Notes: generated by a model not told the origin, from the sequence alone. 64,000 bases of DNA from Gemmatales bacterium (GCA_041640595.1 JBEPZY010000004.1:226373-290372); one strand, 5' to 3'; numbered from the stretch's first letter, positions 10,178-19,679 are shown. Numbers and translations: made by a program.

Positions 10178-11620
10178 ATGAGACGTCTGGCGATTTATTC
10201 GCTGCTGACGGGCGTGTGGGTAATGGCGGGTGATGTGATAAGCGCGGCAGAGCGGCCCAACTTTGTGCTGATCACCTGCGAGGACATTTCGCCGAACCTC
10301 GGCTGTTACGGTGATCCAGACGCGATCACACCTAACTTAGATCGCCTGGCTGCTCAGGGGGCACGCTTCACGCGTGCGTTCACCCATGCGCCGGTTTGTG
10401 CACCGTCGCGTTCGGGAATCATCACCGGCATGTACCCGACGACACTGGGAACTCACCACATGCGTTCCAAGCTGACGCGAACGCCGCCGCTATTTACGGA
10501 TTATCTGCGTAAGGCCGGTTATCGTGTCATCTGGCCGGCTCAGGGCGGCATTGGCAAAACGGATTTCAACTTCGATGTCCCCAAAGGATGGGTGGATGTT
10601 CAGGTGGATTGGACGCGCCAACCGGAAGTGCTGCAACCGCCGTTTTTCGCTATTTACAACATCACGGTCACGCATGAAAGCCAGGTGCGTGCGAGCCGGT
10701 ATCAGTACGTTCGCAACACCGCCCGCCTCAAACCGGAGCAACGCCACGATCCGAACAAAGTCCGCATTCCGCCATACTATCCGGACACCTGGGCAGTGCG
10801 CGATTGTGTTGCTGTCTATCACGACAACATTACCGCGATGGACTATATCGTCGGCGACATCTTGAAGTTGCTGGAGGAAAAGAAGCTGGTCCAAAACACG
10901 ATCGTGATTTTCTATAGCGACCACGGTGCCGGTTTGCCCCGCTGCAAGCGCTGGCCCTACGATAGCGGTTTGCATGTGCCGTTGTTAGTTCGCTGGCCGG
11001 GAGTGATACCGCCCGGCACGGTGCGCGACGATCTGGTCGCCCTGCTGGATATTGCTCCGACTCTGCTAGCACTGGCCGGTGTGGAACCGCCGAACTATAT
11101 GCACGGGCGAATATTTCTAGGGCCTAACACTCAACCCGAACCGCAGTACTTATTCGCCGCCCGCGACCGCATGGACGAAGCCTACGACCGCATCCGTTCC
11201 GTCCGCGATCGCCGTTACCGCTATATTCGCAACTTCCATCCCGAACTGCCCTACATGCAGTACATCAACTACATGGACGAAATGCCCATTATGCGGGACT
11301 GGCGACGGTTGGCTTTTGAAGGTCGGCTCAATCCGACGCAAAAGTTGTTTATGAGCCGCACTAAGCCGAAAGAAGAACTCTACGACCTCGACAACGATCC
11401 TTACGAAATCAACAACCTGGCTCAGTCGCCACAGCATCAGGAGATCTTGCAACGAATGCGCGCCGCCCTGGATCGCTGGATCGCCGAGACGAAAGACCTC
11501 GGCGAGATACCCGAACAAGAACTCATCCGCCGCGGTATCGTGCATGATGTTTTGTCCAAGGAATACGAAGCCCGCCGCAAACTCCACCCCAAAACCCCTC
11601 CCGTCCCGCAAGACGATTGA
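10178..11620 (+). CDS. Secreted Cys-type sulfatase
   Basis: Signal peptide; RPNFVLITCEDI, CAPSRSGIITGMYP (CxPxR), SDHG, ELYDLDNDPYE; RBS before ATG 10178. Confidence 0.95.
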   Translation: MRRLAIYSLLTGVWVMAGDVISAAERPNFVLITCEDISPNLGCYGDPDAITPNLDRLAAQGARFTRAFTHAPVCAPSRSGIITGMYPTTLGTHHMRSKLTRTPPLFTDYLRKAGYRVIWPAQGGIGKTDFNFDVPKGWVDVQVDWTRQPEVLQPPFFAIYNITVTHESQVRASRYQYVRNTARLKPEQRHDPNKVRIPPYYPDTWAVRDCVAVYHDNITAMDYIVGDILKLLEEKKLVQNTIVIFYSDHGAGLPRCKRWPYDSGLHVPLLVRWPGVIPPGTVRDDLVALLDIAPTLLALAGVEPPNYMHGRIFLGPNTQPEPQYLFAARDRMDEAYDRIRSVRDRRYRYIRNFHPELPYMQYINYMDEMPIMRDWRRLAFEGRLNPTQKLFMSRTKPKEELYDLDNDPYEINNLAQSPQHQEILQRMRAALDRWIAETKDLGEIPEQELIRRGIVHDVLSKEYEARRKLHPKTPPVPQDD

Positions 11621-11638
11621 CCCGTGCGATAAGACTGC

Positions 11639-11903
11639 CGTAAATAGGAACGCATAGCATTCCGAGCACAAGATAACTGGTTGCAGGAACGTAAAAACGA
11701 AATTGTGGGTGTAGCGTAACAGAGATGCATAGCATTGCAAGCACAAGATAACTGGCCGGAGGAACGTAAGAACGAAATTGCGGGTGTGGCGTAACAGGGA
11801 TGCATAGCGTTGCAAGCACAAGATAACTGGTTGCAGGAACGTAAGAACGAAATGGTGGGCGTGGCGTAACAAGGACGCATAGCATTCCGAGCGCAAAATA
11901 ACT
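11639..11903. repeat. Tandem array, 75-bp period, ~3.5 units
   Basis: GCATAGC units at 11652, 11727, 11802, 11877; ~40-bp block x4 and ~36-bp linker x3. Confidence 0.95.
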
Positions 11904-11925
11904 CGTGCGAATTACGCAGGCCGCA

Positions 11926-12181
11926 GTTCCAATCCCACCGGCATGATGGCAGGTATCTTAGTTTGTGCGCAGGCTCCGGTCGCTGTACGGTGCGGAATGT
12001 TTCAATCCCACCGGCGTGATGGCAGGTCTGTTGGTTTGTGCGCAGACTCCGGTCGCTCTAGGGTGCGGAATGTTTCAATCCCACCGGCATGATGGCAGGT
12101 ATCTTAGTTTGTGCGCAGGCTCCGGTCGCTGTACGGTGCGGAATGTTTCAATCCCACCGGCATGACGGCAGGTATGCTAGT
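11926..12181. CRISPR. CRISPR-like mini-array: 4 x 37-bp repeat with 3 near-identical 36-bp spacers; no cas genes nearby
   Basis: GTTTCAATCCCACCGGCATGATGGCAGGTATCTTAGT at 11926, 11999, 12072, 12145 (73-bp period); array stops exactly after the 4th repeat; spacers are not diverse, so function is doubtful. Confidence 0.45.
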
Positions 12182-12223
12182 GATCGGGTTGAGCAGCCGT
12201 AACTCGCCAGCCTCGTAGGTTTC

Positions 12224-12687
12224 CATACCGACAGCACGTTCACCTATACACCGAACACGCACTATGTTGGCCCGGATAGCTTCACCTATACCTGGTCGGA
12301 TGGCCTGACTACCGGCAACACCGCCGCCGTCACTATAGATGTGTACAACAACGCGCCGTATGCCTACGATGCCAGCTTCAGCGTATTGGATGATCACGAA
12401 CCGACCGGCTACTATAGGTGGAGGTCTGCCCAGCTGGGCGCCATGCAGAGTTTCAGTGTATTGCACGACCGCGAGTTAGTCGGCCAGCTCCCTGTACGGC
12501 TATGATGCCGATGGCGATGCTATCACCGTGCCAATGCTTTCAAGCCCCGGCGTTTTCTCGGCGTAATCAGCCTCCGGCCCCACCAACGGGCCGGACCAAC
12601 GGTACACTAACACTCAATCCTGACGGCAGCCTTACCTATACATCGAACACGCACTATGTTGGAACGGATAGTTTCACCTATACCTGA
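12224..12687 (+). pseudogene. Remnant of a cadherin-like/Ig-like (Big_9/tandem-95-type) repeat surface protein
   Basis: TFTYTPNTHYVGPDSFTYTWSDGLTTGNTAAVTIDVYNNAPYAYDASFSV; frameshifted YGYDADGDAITV; NGTLTLNPDGSLTYTSNTHYVGTDSFTYT* with TGA where the first copy has TGG. Confidence 0.8.
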
Positions 12688-12887
12688 TTGGCTGGGTTGC
12701 TAACAGGCGAAGCGGCTAAGATTCTGAATCGCCGCTGGTGGTGGTAAGTTTTTCGAGGTCGGGGGATGGGATTGAGCTTGCCGATTTTGGCGGGTGAGGT
12801 GGCTTAACAAATCCTGCGGGTGTGCATTGCGATACGTGAGGCGGGCAGACGGTTTGCTCCATGCCGACCAGCAGCGCATAATTGCCG

Positions 12888-13212
12888 CAGAGCGGGTGCT
12901 GGTCGGTTGGCATCACGCCGACACCGAACAACCTGGAATAGAGGAACCATAGCGCTGAGGCAGAGCGGGTGCTGGTCGGTTGGCATCACGCCGACACGGC
13001 AGAACCTGTAAGAGCCGAACCATAGTGCTGAGGCAGAACGGGTGCTGGTCGGTTGGCATGACGCCGACACCGAACAACCTGGAATAGAGGAACCATAGTG
13101 CTGAGTCAGAGCGGGTGCTGGTCGGTTGGCATCACGCCGACACGGCACAACCTGGAGGAGAGGAACCATAGTGCTGAGACAAAGCGGGTGCTGGTCGGTT
13201 GGCGTCAGGCCG
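12888..13212. repeat. Tandem array, 73-bp period, ~4.5 units
   Basis: CAGAGCGGGTGCTGGTCGGTTGGCATCACGCCGACAC at 12888, 12961, 13034, 13107, 13180; internal GTCGG..CCGAC hairpin; linkers more variable than the block. Confidence 0.95.
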
Positions 13213-13228
13213 TGAAGGAGAGTGCAGG

Positions 13229-13444
13229 ATGCGCTGGATGCTGAGCTTGCTCGTGATAATTCTGGTCGGTTGTCGCACCATTGTCGGTCCGCTGGAACCG
13301 CGACGGGCAGAGCGTGCCGATGATCCCTTGCTCAGCACGCAGGAGCAGGCCCGACGAAGCCGGTATCTGTATGCGTTTCCGGATACGGAACTGGGCCCGC
13401 GATCTGGTCCGGAACGTCCCATTGCGGCAGCTCCGGCTCCGTAA
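13229..13444 (+). CDS. Small putative lipoprotein
   Basis: AAGGAG RBS; MRWMLSLLVIILVGC lipobox; ADDPLLS..EQ..R.R motif. Confidence 0.75.
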   Translation: MRWMLSLLVIILVGCRTIVGPLEPRRAERADDPLLSTQEQARRSRYLYAFPDTELGPRSGPERPIAAAPAP

Positions 13445-13725
13445 ATAAGCGAATGTTCTGGCCGCGAATATACGACCGTTGCGTCCGCTAAGTTTGGCAT
13501 GGCCTTCTGACTCAGTTAACGGGCGTTGCGAATGGCATTTGTGCGAAGGTGTGGTTGCAGGGGGTCTTTGGGGAGTTTCCGTGGGCAGGTGGTGCGAGCA
13601 TTTCGCATGGTACCGCAGAGCACTGCGGTTGCTATAACAATTGCGCTGATGGAGCGGTGAGGCGACGTGCGGGAGGGCGGAACAGGCGGCACAGCTTTCG
13701 GTGTGGGTAACTCTGGAGGTGCACC

Positions 13726-14145
13726 ATGCTGGCCAGGCATAGCGCGGTCGTCCTGCTGGGGGTGCTGATTTGCGGTTCTGGCTGTCAGTCGCCCGAACAT
13801 CAGGCGCTGGAACCGCTGCCGGCCAATGCTCCACCCCTTGCCTACCCGGAACTGGTAGAACGTGCCCGACGGCAAGTTTGGGCGGCTCAGGAGATATTTT
13901 ATCGCGACGAATGGGACCAACTGGTCAAGGCGGCGGAGACTCTCGGCCAGACGGCACAACAGCTGGCCCAGTTTCGAGCCGACCAGGTGCCGGCACGGTG
14001 TCGGGAACTGTGGCCGAAACCGGTCGAGGAATTCCGTTCCGCGGCCACGCAACTGCAGCAACACGCTCGCCAGCGCGATGCCATTCTTGCCGCCGGGGAT
14101 TTCCAACGCCTGCACCTGGCCCTCAAGCAAATTCGCCCGGAATAG
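13726..14145 (+). CDS. Putative helical lipoprotein
   Basis: GGAGG RBS; signal ending GSGC; helical-bundle-like mature part. Confidence 0.75.
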   Translation: MLARHSAVVLLGVLICGSGCQSPEHQALEPLPANAPPLAYPELVERARRQVWAAQEIFYRDEWDQLVKAAETLGQTAQQLAQFRADQVPARCRELWPKPVEEFRSAATQLQQHARQRDAILAAGDFQRLHLALKQIRPE

Positions 14146-14476
14146 GCGCGAAAAGCAATTGGCCGGCACGCTGGGCGCAACTCTGGCCAGCTCTGTTGTC
14201 GGGCGGGGTCGCGCTGAAACAAAACTGCCCCGGCAGCGGAAGGCGTTGCCCCAGCAGATCGCGGATCAGGCAGCGCCCCAATCACCGTCGCATATTCGCC
14301 ATTCCGCATTCCCCGTGGGCTTTACTCAAGTGCACCGCGAAAGAATACCCGGCCCTGACCAGGGCGCCAGCGATTTTGACGCTCGAACCGAGCACGCTCA
14401 TGCCGAGGGAAAGACCTGATGGCCGGCATTTCGGCAGTATGATTTGTATGCAAGAAGCATGGAACGGAGGCTATCT

Positions 14477-14746
14477 GTGAAGGTGCGACCGATTCTGCCG
14501 TTCTGGTTTCGCCAGCGGCAAATCCAGGCGGAGCCCGTTGGCGAGAACGCTTTACGCTTGCAGGGGCCCAACCTGCCACCGTGCGAAGTGCGAATCGAGC
14601 CGGGCGAAAATGGCAACTGGCGAGGATTAGTCGTTCGACTGGACGGCGAGCTCCAGGTCATCGCCAGCGGTACCGCCGTCGAACCACATCCCCAGTCCGC
14701 CTGGCAACTGGCTTTCGAACTCTACCGCAAATCGGTCGTCAACTGA
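14477..14746 (+). CDS. Hypothetical protein
   Basis: GGAGG RBS before GTG 14477; PFWFRQRQ...AWQLAFELYR; normal codon usage. Confidence 0.7.
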   Translation: MKVRPILPFWFRQRQIQAEPVGENALRLQGPNLPPCEVRIEPGENGNWRGLVVRLDGELQVIASGTAVEPHPQSAWQLAFELYRKSVVN

Positions 14747-14819
14747 TCGGCAGGTGGAGGGGGAAGGTTCACGGGGTCAAAATCTTCCGGCGATTTGCTG
14801 CCTGTGGACGCATCCGCCC

Positions 14820-14847
14820 TTGCCAGAACCGTAGCCCGACTTACAAT
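14820..14847 (+). promoter_or_regulatory. Putative sigma-70 promoter for the tRNA-Ala transcript
   Basis: TTGCCA-N16-TACAAT. Confidence 0.55.
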
Positions 14848-14906
14848 TACTTGCTGCAAGCCTATCACCGAACAACAATGTCCACGTGAAAATGCCGAAG
14901 GGCCGG

Positions 14907-15002
14907 GATGGTCGTTGCCGATCTCTACCTAACCCGGAAGAGGTCGGCCAGACCAGGGATGTAACCGGTCATTCCGGCTGCTGGTAACTGAACCCGACCA
15001 TC
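14907..15002 (+). ncRNA. Candidate structured RNA (three-way junction) in the tRNA leader; family not recognised
   Basis: GATGGTCG/CGACCATC closing stem; GCCGATCTCT/AGAGGTCGGC stem; ACCAG/CTGGT stem with inner CCGG hairpin. Confidence 0.35.
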
Positions 15003-15029
15003 ATCACCGAGACCAGCGCGAAATTGCTT

Positions 15030-15102
15030 GGGGGGTTAGCTCAGCTGGGAGAGCGCGTGAATGGCATTCACGAGGTCAGGGGTTCGAATCCCCTACCCTC
15101 CA
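15030..15102 (+). tRNA. tRNA-Ala(GGC)
   Basis: Full cloverleaf; G3-U70 pair; anticodon loop ATGGCAT; TTCGAAT T-loop; CCA not encoded. Confidence 0.97.
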
Positions 15103-15477
15103 CTGCGTGGAGCGCTGGCATGTCGGAATCGCTGGGCCGTTCGTAAAACTGAGTGCGTTGCGATAGCGCGTACGGTTGGAGTTTCCTACGCCCGACTGCT
15201 CAGTGTGCCAAACTGTTGCGCCATCCTGTTGTGGCTGCCGGCAATACCAAGCCTGGCGTGGGGCTTGTTAGGGGAGAAACCATCCGCTGCTGCTGGTTAT
15301 CTCGAAGGACTGATTCCATTCAGGGCATGCCGCTGGCGTGTCGCTGGATGTGGCAGGCCGGCGGGAATTGGCACTGGCCACGTAGCCTGGTCCGTATCGC
15401 TGGGTTTGGTTAGTAGCATTGGCAAGCAGGGCAGGGCAAAGCGTGACGCGGAAAGCAGGCCTGACGCCAATCGCCAG

Positions 15478-15585
15478 GCAACCGCCCCATTTTCGGGATA
15501 ACCCCCTTCGAGCGATCGAAACGCGCTGGGACAGGCGGAGCAGTTCTGCAAGCAATCGGCCAATTTTCGGGATAACTTTCCCTTC
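15478..15585. repeat. Degenerate ~33-35-bp direct repeat pair, 74-bp offset
   Basis: GCAACCGCCCCATTTTCGGGATAAC vs GCAATCGGCCAATTTTCGGGATAAC (TTTTCGGGATAAC at 15490 and 15564). Confidence 0.6.
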
Positions 15586-15913
15586 TAACCTGCCGTACTT
15601 GCCTGACATTTCCATCCGTGCATCAGAGTTTCCGCAGGGGTAATCCCTTGGAAGTTAGAAAGTCGAAGTCGGAGGTTGGTTGCACACAACATGACTGCTC
15701 GGCCGAAGTGCGGGCATTACCGATAGGAACATGGAAGCGGACTCTGTTTTCGTGGACGAACATGCCCTCTCAAGTGGGGGCCTTATCGGGATAAGCAACT
15801 CGACGGTCAAATTGGCACAAGCTGGAGACGCGGTAGCTGGGATCGGTCTTCTTGCGGGATGTGTGCCCAGCGAGTGCTGGTCTGGATTTCGAGTTATTGG
15901 GATGGGAGCCGGC

Positions 15914-16828
15914 CTACTGGAGGACGTGTGAGAGGTTAATCGCTTCACCGCCGGCACGGGTGCTGAGTGCCTGATACACGCTCAAGCTAATCGTTTGCCG
16001 CAGGAAGTGCACTGAGCCATCCCCGAACAGGAATTGCGCTCCCTGCGGATGCGGTGCCACGACGTCGCGATCGTCGCTGTCAGGAGCGTTCGGCAAATGA
16101 CCGGTCTGGAACAGCACCATGTGAGCATGGTCATCTTCGGGGTCGGTAATTTCGCGGACGGCTCCAATCCAGGTAGTTTCGTAGTAAACATGCACGCCGT
16201 GACTGTGTTGTGTCAGGAAAGGCCCATTGATTCGCTCGCCGACGAAGAGTGTGTTGGAAGTGCCGTCGTGGACATCCTCGATACGGATTTTGCTGTTGCG
16301 GAAAAAGACACCGCGGTCGTCGTCCGGGTTGTCATCCATATCGCCCGGGCCGAAGGAGGCAACATAGCAAGCCATCGCGTATTGCTCTGAACCCATTTGC
16401 ACAAACTGATTGGCGGAGCGACCGTCGCTGGGGCACAGATAAATGCGCAGATGCTGAGTCCGAGCGGCAACGTTGGAGGCGCCCCAGATCGGTGCCTCCC
16501 ACTGGATTTGCCGATGCAGGGCGTCCTGTTCGACGTAAGGCAAAAGATGAGCAGCCCAGCCATGTCCCAGGGCGTTACCCTGCGGACTGTAGGCGTACAG
16601 GTAACCGGGCGGGAGTCGGCCAAAATCGTTGTGGTAGTTCATCAGGGCGATGCCGATCTGATGCAGGTTCGAACCACAGCGCATGCGGTTCATCGCTTCC
16701 CGCACCCGCTGAATGGCCGGCAGCAATAGCGCCATCAATAGTCCGATGATAGCGATCACCACCAGCAGTTCGATCAGGGTGAACGCCCGGCGTGGCCAAC
16801 CGTGTATATGCGGCCAGATCCCTGACAT
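15914..16828 (-). CDS. DUF1559 prepilin-type N-terminal cleavage/methylation domain protein
   Basis: AFTLIELLVVIAIIGLLMALLLPAIQRVREA, YLCPSD, DGTSNT, HPQGAQFLFGDGSV (H-X9-DG); start 16828 or 16909. Confidence 0.93.
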   Translation of the reverse strand: MSGIWPHIHGWPRRAFTLIELLVVIAIIGLLMALLLPAIQRVREAMNRMRCGSNLHQIGIALMNYHNDFGRLPPGYLYAYSPQGNALGHGWAAHLLPYVEQDALHRQIQWEAPIWGASNVAARTQHLRIYLCPSDGRSANQFVQMGSEQYAMACYVASFGPGDMDDNPDDDRGVFFRNSKIRIEDVHDGTSNTLFVGERINGPFLTQHSHGVHVYYETTWIGAVREITDPEDDHAHMVLFQTGHLPNAPDSDDRDVVAPHPQGAQFLFGDGSVHFLRQTISLSVYQALSTRAGGEAINLSHVLQ

Positions 16829-16983
16829 CCAGGGCAGATGGACACCCGTTGCTCGCAACACCGAATGCGTACTGTCTCGTTCACACACCGTGCAGGCTCC
16901 CGATAGCATGCGTCATGCTCCTGGTGCGATGCTGCGTGTCTGCAAAGGGCAGCCCTGTGCGAGAGCGAATCATCGCCGCTGTG

Positions 16984-17011
16984 GTATTACGTAATGGCAC
17001 AAGTGTAATAC
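16984..17011. promoter_or_regulatory. Palindromic operator with NikR-type spacing
   Basis: GTATTA-N16-TAATAC, upstream of the DUF1559 gene. Confidence 0.5.
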
Positions 17012-17345
17012 TAAACCAGCATGGGAGCGTCCAGAGGAAACGCACGGAACGCTGAGCGATGCGGTTCAGGAGTGGACGCAGGCCAGGGCGTGGTCATTCG
17101 CGTCAACCTTCCGAACAGGGACCGGAACATTCCGCGATTGACGCAGGACGTGTCCAGTTCCTAGGATGGTAGCCAGAATTTCCGTCTCCAATCGCGTGAT
17201 CTAAGGTCAGGCGGACGGTTGCCGAACCACAGCCCGTGGATGCTGGCCGCTTTCGCTGCGGTAAGGTTTGCCTGGGCGGAAAATGGCACCGGCAGCTTGT
17301 ACAATAGGCGTTCAAGATGGCTAGGCGGAAAGCGGAGAACCAACC

Positions 17346-18893
17346 ATGAGCGCCTATCTCGGTATTGACGTTGGTACCAGCGGCACCAAGACGGTGATCT
17401 GCCGCGAGGACGGTACCATTCTGGCAACAGCCACCGCAGAACATCCGTCGTACTATCCCCAGCCCGGCTGGTCGGAACAGGAGCCAGAAGATTGGTGGAA
17501 AAGTACGGTGCAGAGCGTTCGGCAGGCGCTCAGCCGCGCCGGCATTCCCGGCACCGAGATTCGCGGCATCGGTTTGAGTGGACAGATGCACGGCTCGGTG
17601 TTTCTGGACGAAAAGGGTCAGGTCTTACGACGGGCCATTTTGTGGAACGACCAGCGCACAGCCGAGCAATGTCGCCAGATCGAGGAAGCAGCGGGTGGTC
17701 GGGCCAACCTGATCCGTATGGTGGGAAATCCAGCCTTTACCGGTTTCACGGCACCAAAAATCCTCTGGCTGCGTCAGCATGAGCCGCACCTGTACGAACG
17801 CACCCGCAAAATTCTTTTGCCGAAAGACTACATCCGCTACCGGCTCACCGGGGAATTCGTTACGGAAGTCAGCGACGCTTCGGGGACCCTGTTGCTGGAT
17901 GTGGCCGGGCGACAATGGTGCAAGCCGTTACTGGCTCGACTGCAAATAGCGGAGGAGTTGCTGCCGGTGTGCGTGGAATCGCAGGAAATTACAGGTCGCC
18001 TGACCAGCGCGGCAGCACAGGAATTGGGACTGTCGGCAGGCGTACCGGTGGTTGGCGGAGCTGGGGATCAGGCAGCCGGAGCCGTCGGCAACGGCATTGT
18101 CCGCACCGGTGTCCTCAGTGCCACGATGGGAACCAGCGGCGTAGTGTTCGCGCACAGCGACCACGTCCAGACCGATCCGCAGGGTCGAGTGCACACCATG
18201 TGTCACGCCGTCAAAGGTGCTTGGCACCTGATGGGCGTCGTGCTGAGTGCGGGCGGAAGTTTGCAATGGTTCCGCAATCATTTTGCCACCGCGGAAATGC
18301 GTCTGGCGGCGGAACGGCAGGTGGATGCTTACGATCTCATCCTGGCACTGGCCGAGCAAGCCCCACCGGGAGCTGAGGGACTTTTGTTCCTCCCGTACCT
18401 GACCGGCGAGCGTCATCCTCATGCCGATCCTTATGCTCGCGGAGCGTGGATCGGCCTGACAGTGCGACACGGTTGGCGGCACCTGGCACGGGCAGTGGTC
18501 GAAGGAGCCACGCTGGCTCTGCGCGATTGTCTCAATGTCATGACCGAACTCGGTATCGTACCCCAGCAGATTCGCCTTTCCGGTGGCGGTGCTCGCAATC
18601 CGTTCTGGCGACAGCTTCAGGCCGACATCTACGGTCATCGAGTCGCCCTGGTCAACGCCCGCGAAGGCCCAGCATTCGGGGTGGCCATCCTGGCTATGGT
18701 CGGTACCGGTGCCTACCGTTCTGTTCCCGAAGCCTGCGATGCCACCATCCGCGTAACCGAAGAGATCGCCCCGCGGCCGGCCCTGGTCGCTTTCTATGAA
18801 CGTTGCTACCAGGAATACAGGCAACTGTACCCGGCACTGGTCGCATCATTTCCACGGCTGGCGCAACTGGCCCAGGCACAATTGAACTCCTGA
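17346..18893 (+). CDS. xylB: Xylulokinase
   Basis: YLGIDVGTSGTK, GLSGQMHG, ILWNDQRT, GAGDQAAGA, FLPYLTGER. Confidence 0.95.
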   Translation: MSAYLGIDVGTSGTKTVICREDGTILATATAEHPSYYPQPGWSEQEPEDWWKSTVQSVRQALSRAGIPGTEIRGIGLSGQMHGSVFLDEKGQVLRRAILWNDQRTAEQCRQIEEAAGGRANLIRMVGNPAFTGFTAPKILWLRQHEPHLYERTRKILLPKDYIRYRLTGEFVTEVSDASGTLLLDVAGRQWCKPLLARLQIAEELLPVCVESQEITGRLTSAAAQELGLSAGVPVVGGAGDQAAGAVGNGIVRTGVLSATMGTSGVVFAHSDHVQTDPQGRVHTMCHAVKGAWHLMGVVLSAGGSLQWFRNHFATAEMRLAAERQVDAYDLILALAEQAPPGAEGLLFLPYLTGERHPHADPYARGAWIGLTVRHGWRHLARAVVEGATLALRDCLNVMTELGIVPQQIRLSGGGARNPFWRQLQADIYGHRVALVNAREGPAFGVAILAMVGTGAYRSVPEACDATIRVTEEIAPRPALVAFYERCYQEYRQLYPALVASFPRLAQLAQAQLNS

Positions 18894-18923
18894 CGATACA
18901 CCGCAAAATTGGTCGTGGCTCGG

Positions 18924-19679
18924 TCAGCGACGTTTGCGGCGTTGCAGTTGGCGTTGCCAGTACGCTGGCACTCCCGCCCACGCCTGCTCATACGCCCGCT
19001 CCAGCGGCACCAATACATAATGCTCCACCGTCAAAAACACCGGCATCTCCGGCAACACCTCCCCGTACTTCACCCGCTCCACATACGCCCGCATCGGTTC
19101 CGCCGATACGTAACTGGCCAGCGTCACCGCCTCGCTCTCTTTTTGCGGACTTTCCCCATCCACTTCCGCCCAGATTTGCTCATGCAACCCCGGCCGGTCA
19201 TACCGCCCACACGCAAACACATCCACCAGCAACACGTGCACACCGTGGTGCAGCAGTTCCACGATCTTCCGCACCAGCTCCGCCACCGCACCGGGACGGT
19301 CTTTGTTGGCCGGCGAGGTGATTTCGATGATTGCCACGAGCCGATGACCGCTGGTATGGCGGATGGCCAGGGTTCGCCGCAACCGCCGATAAGTCGCTGC
19401 CACCAGTTGCTGCCGCACCCGTGGCGGTGATTTGCTGATGGTCAACACGTTGCCGCCGTTGAGACCGGGCGTGCTCTTTTTGCCCTGCGGTGGTTGTGCG
19501 GAACTGGCGTGCAGGGTCAGGATGTCCGGCACATACTGCCCGGCATGCTGCTCCACCAACGCATAATACTCCGCCGGCAACAGACCGCTGTTGAGAGCGT
19601 CCGACAAGCGGCTAATCCACAGGATGTGGAAATGGTGATAGACACCGGCCTCCACCCGCGACCAATCATGCACCGGCAT
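18924..19679 (-). CDS. DUF4058 family protein
   Basis: MPVHDWSRVEAGVYHHFH..WI, LVAIIEITSPANK, GVHVLLVD. Confidence 0.85.
   Translation of the reverse strand: MPVHDWSRVEAGVYHHFHILWISRLSDALNSGLLPAEYYALVEQHAGQYVPDILTLHASSAQPPQGKKSTPGLNGGNVLTISKSPPRVRQQLVAATYRRLRRTLAIRHTSGHRLVAIIEITSPANKDRPGAVAELVRKIVELLHHGVHVLLVDVFACGRYDRPGLHEQIWAEVDGESPQKESEAVTLASYVSAEPMRAYVERVKYGEVLPEMPVFLTVEHYVLVPLERAYEQAWAGVPAYWQRQLQRRKRR

Noticed and set aside
11150..11896. 248-aa minus-strand repeat ORF and other ORFs over the 11.6-13.2-kb arrays
   Set aside because: Open only because of repeat periodicity or antisense overlap with the sulfatase; no protein-like features
13523..13632. Possible additional 74-75-bp-offset duplication
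   Set aside because: Too degenerate to distinguish from chance by eye; not counted
15103..15910. Integrative element at tRNA-Ala
   Set aside because: No integrase and no duplicated tRNA 3' end seen; short ORFs are unconvincing
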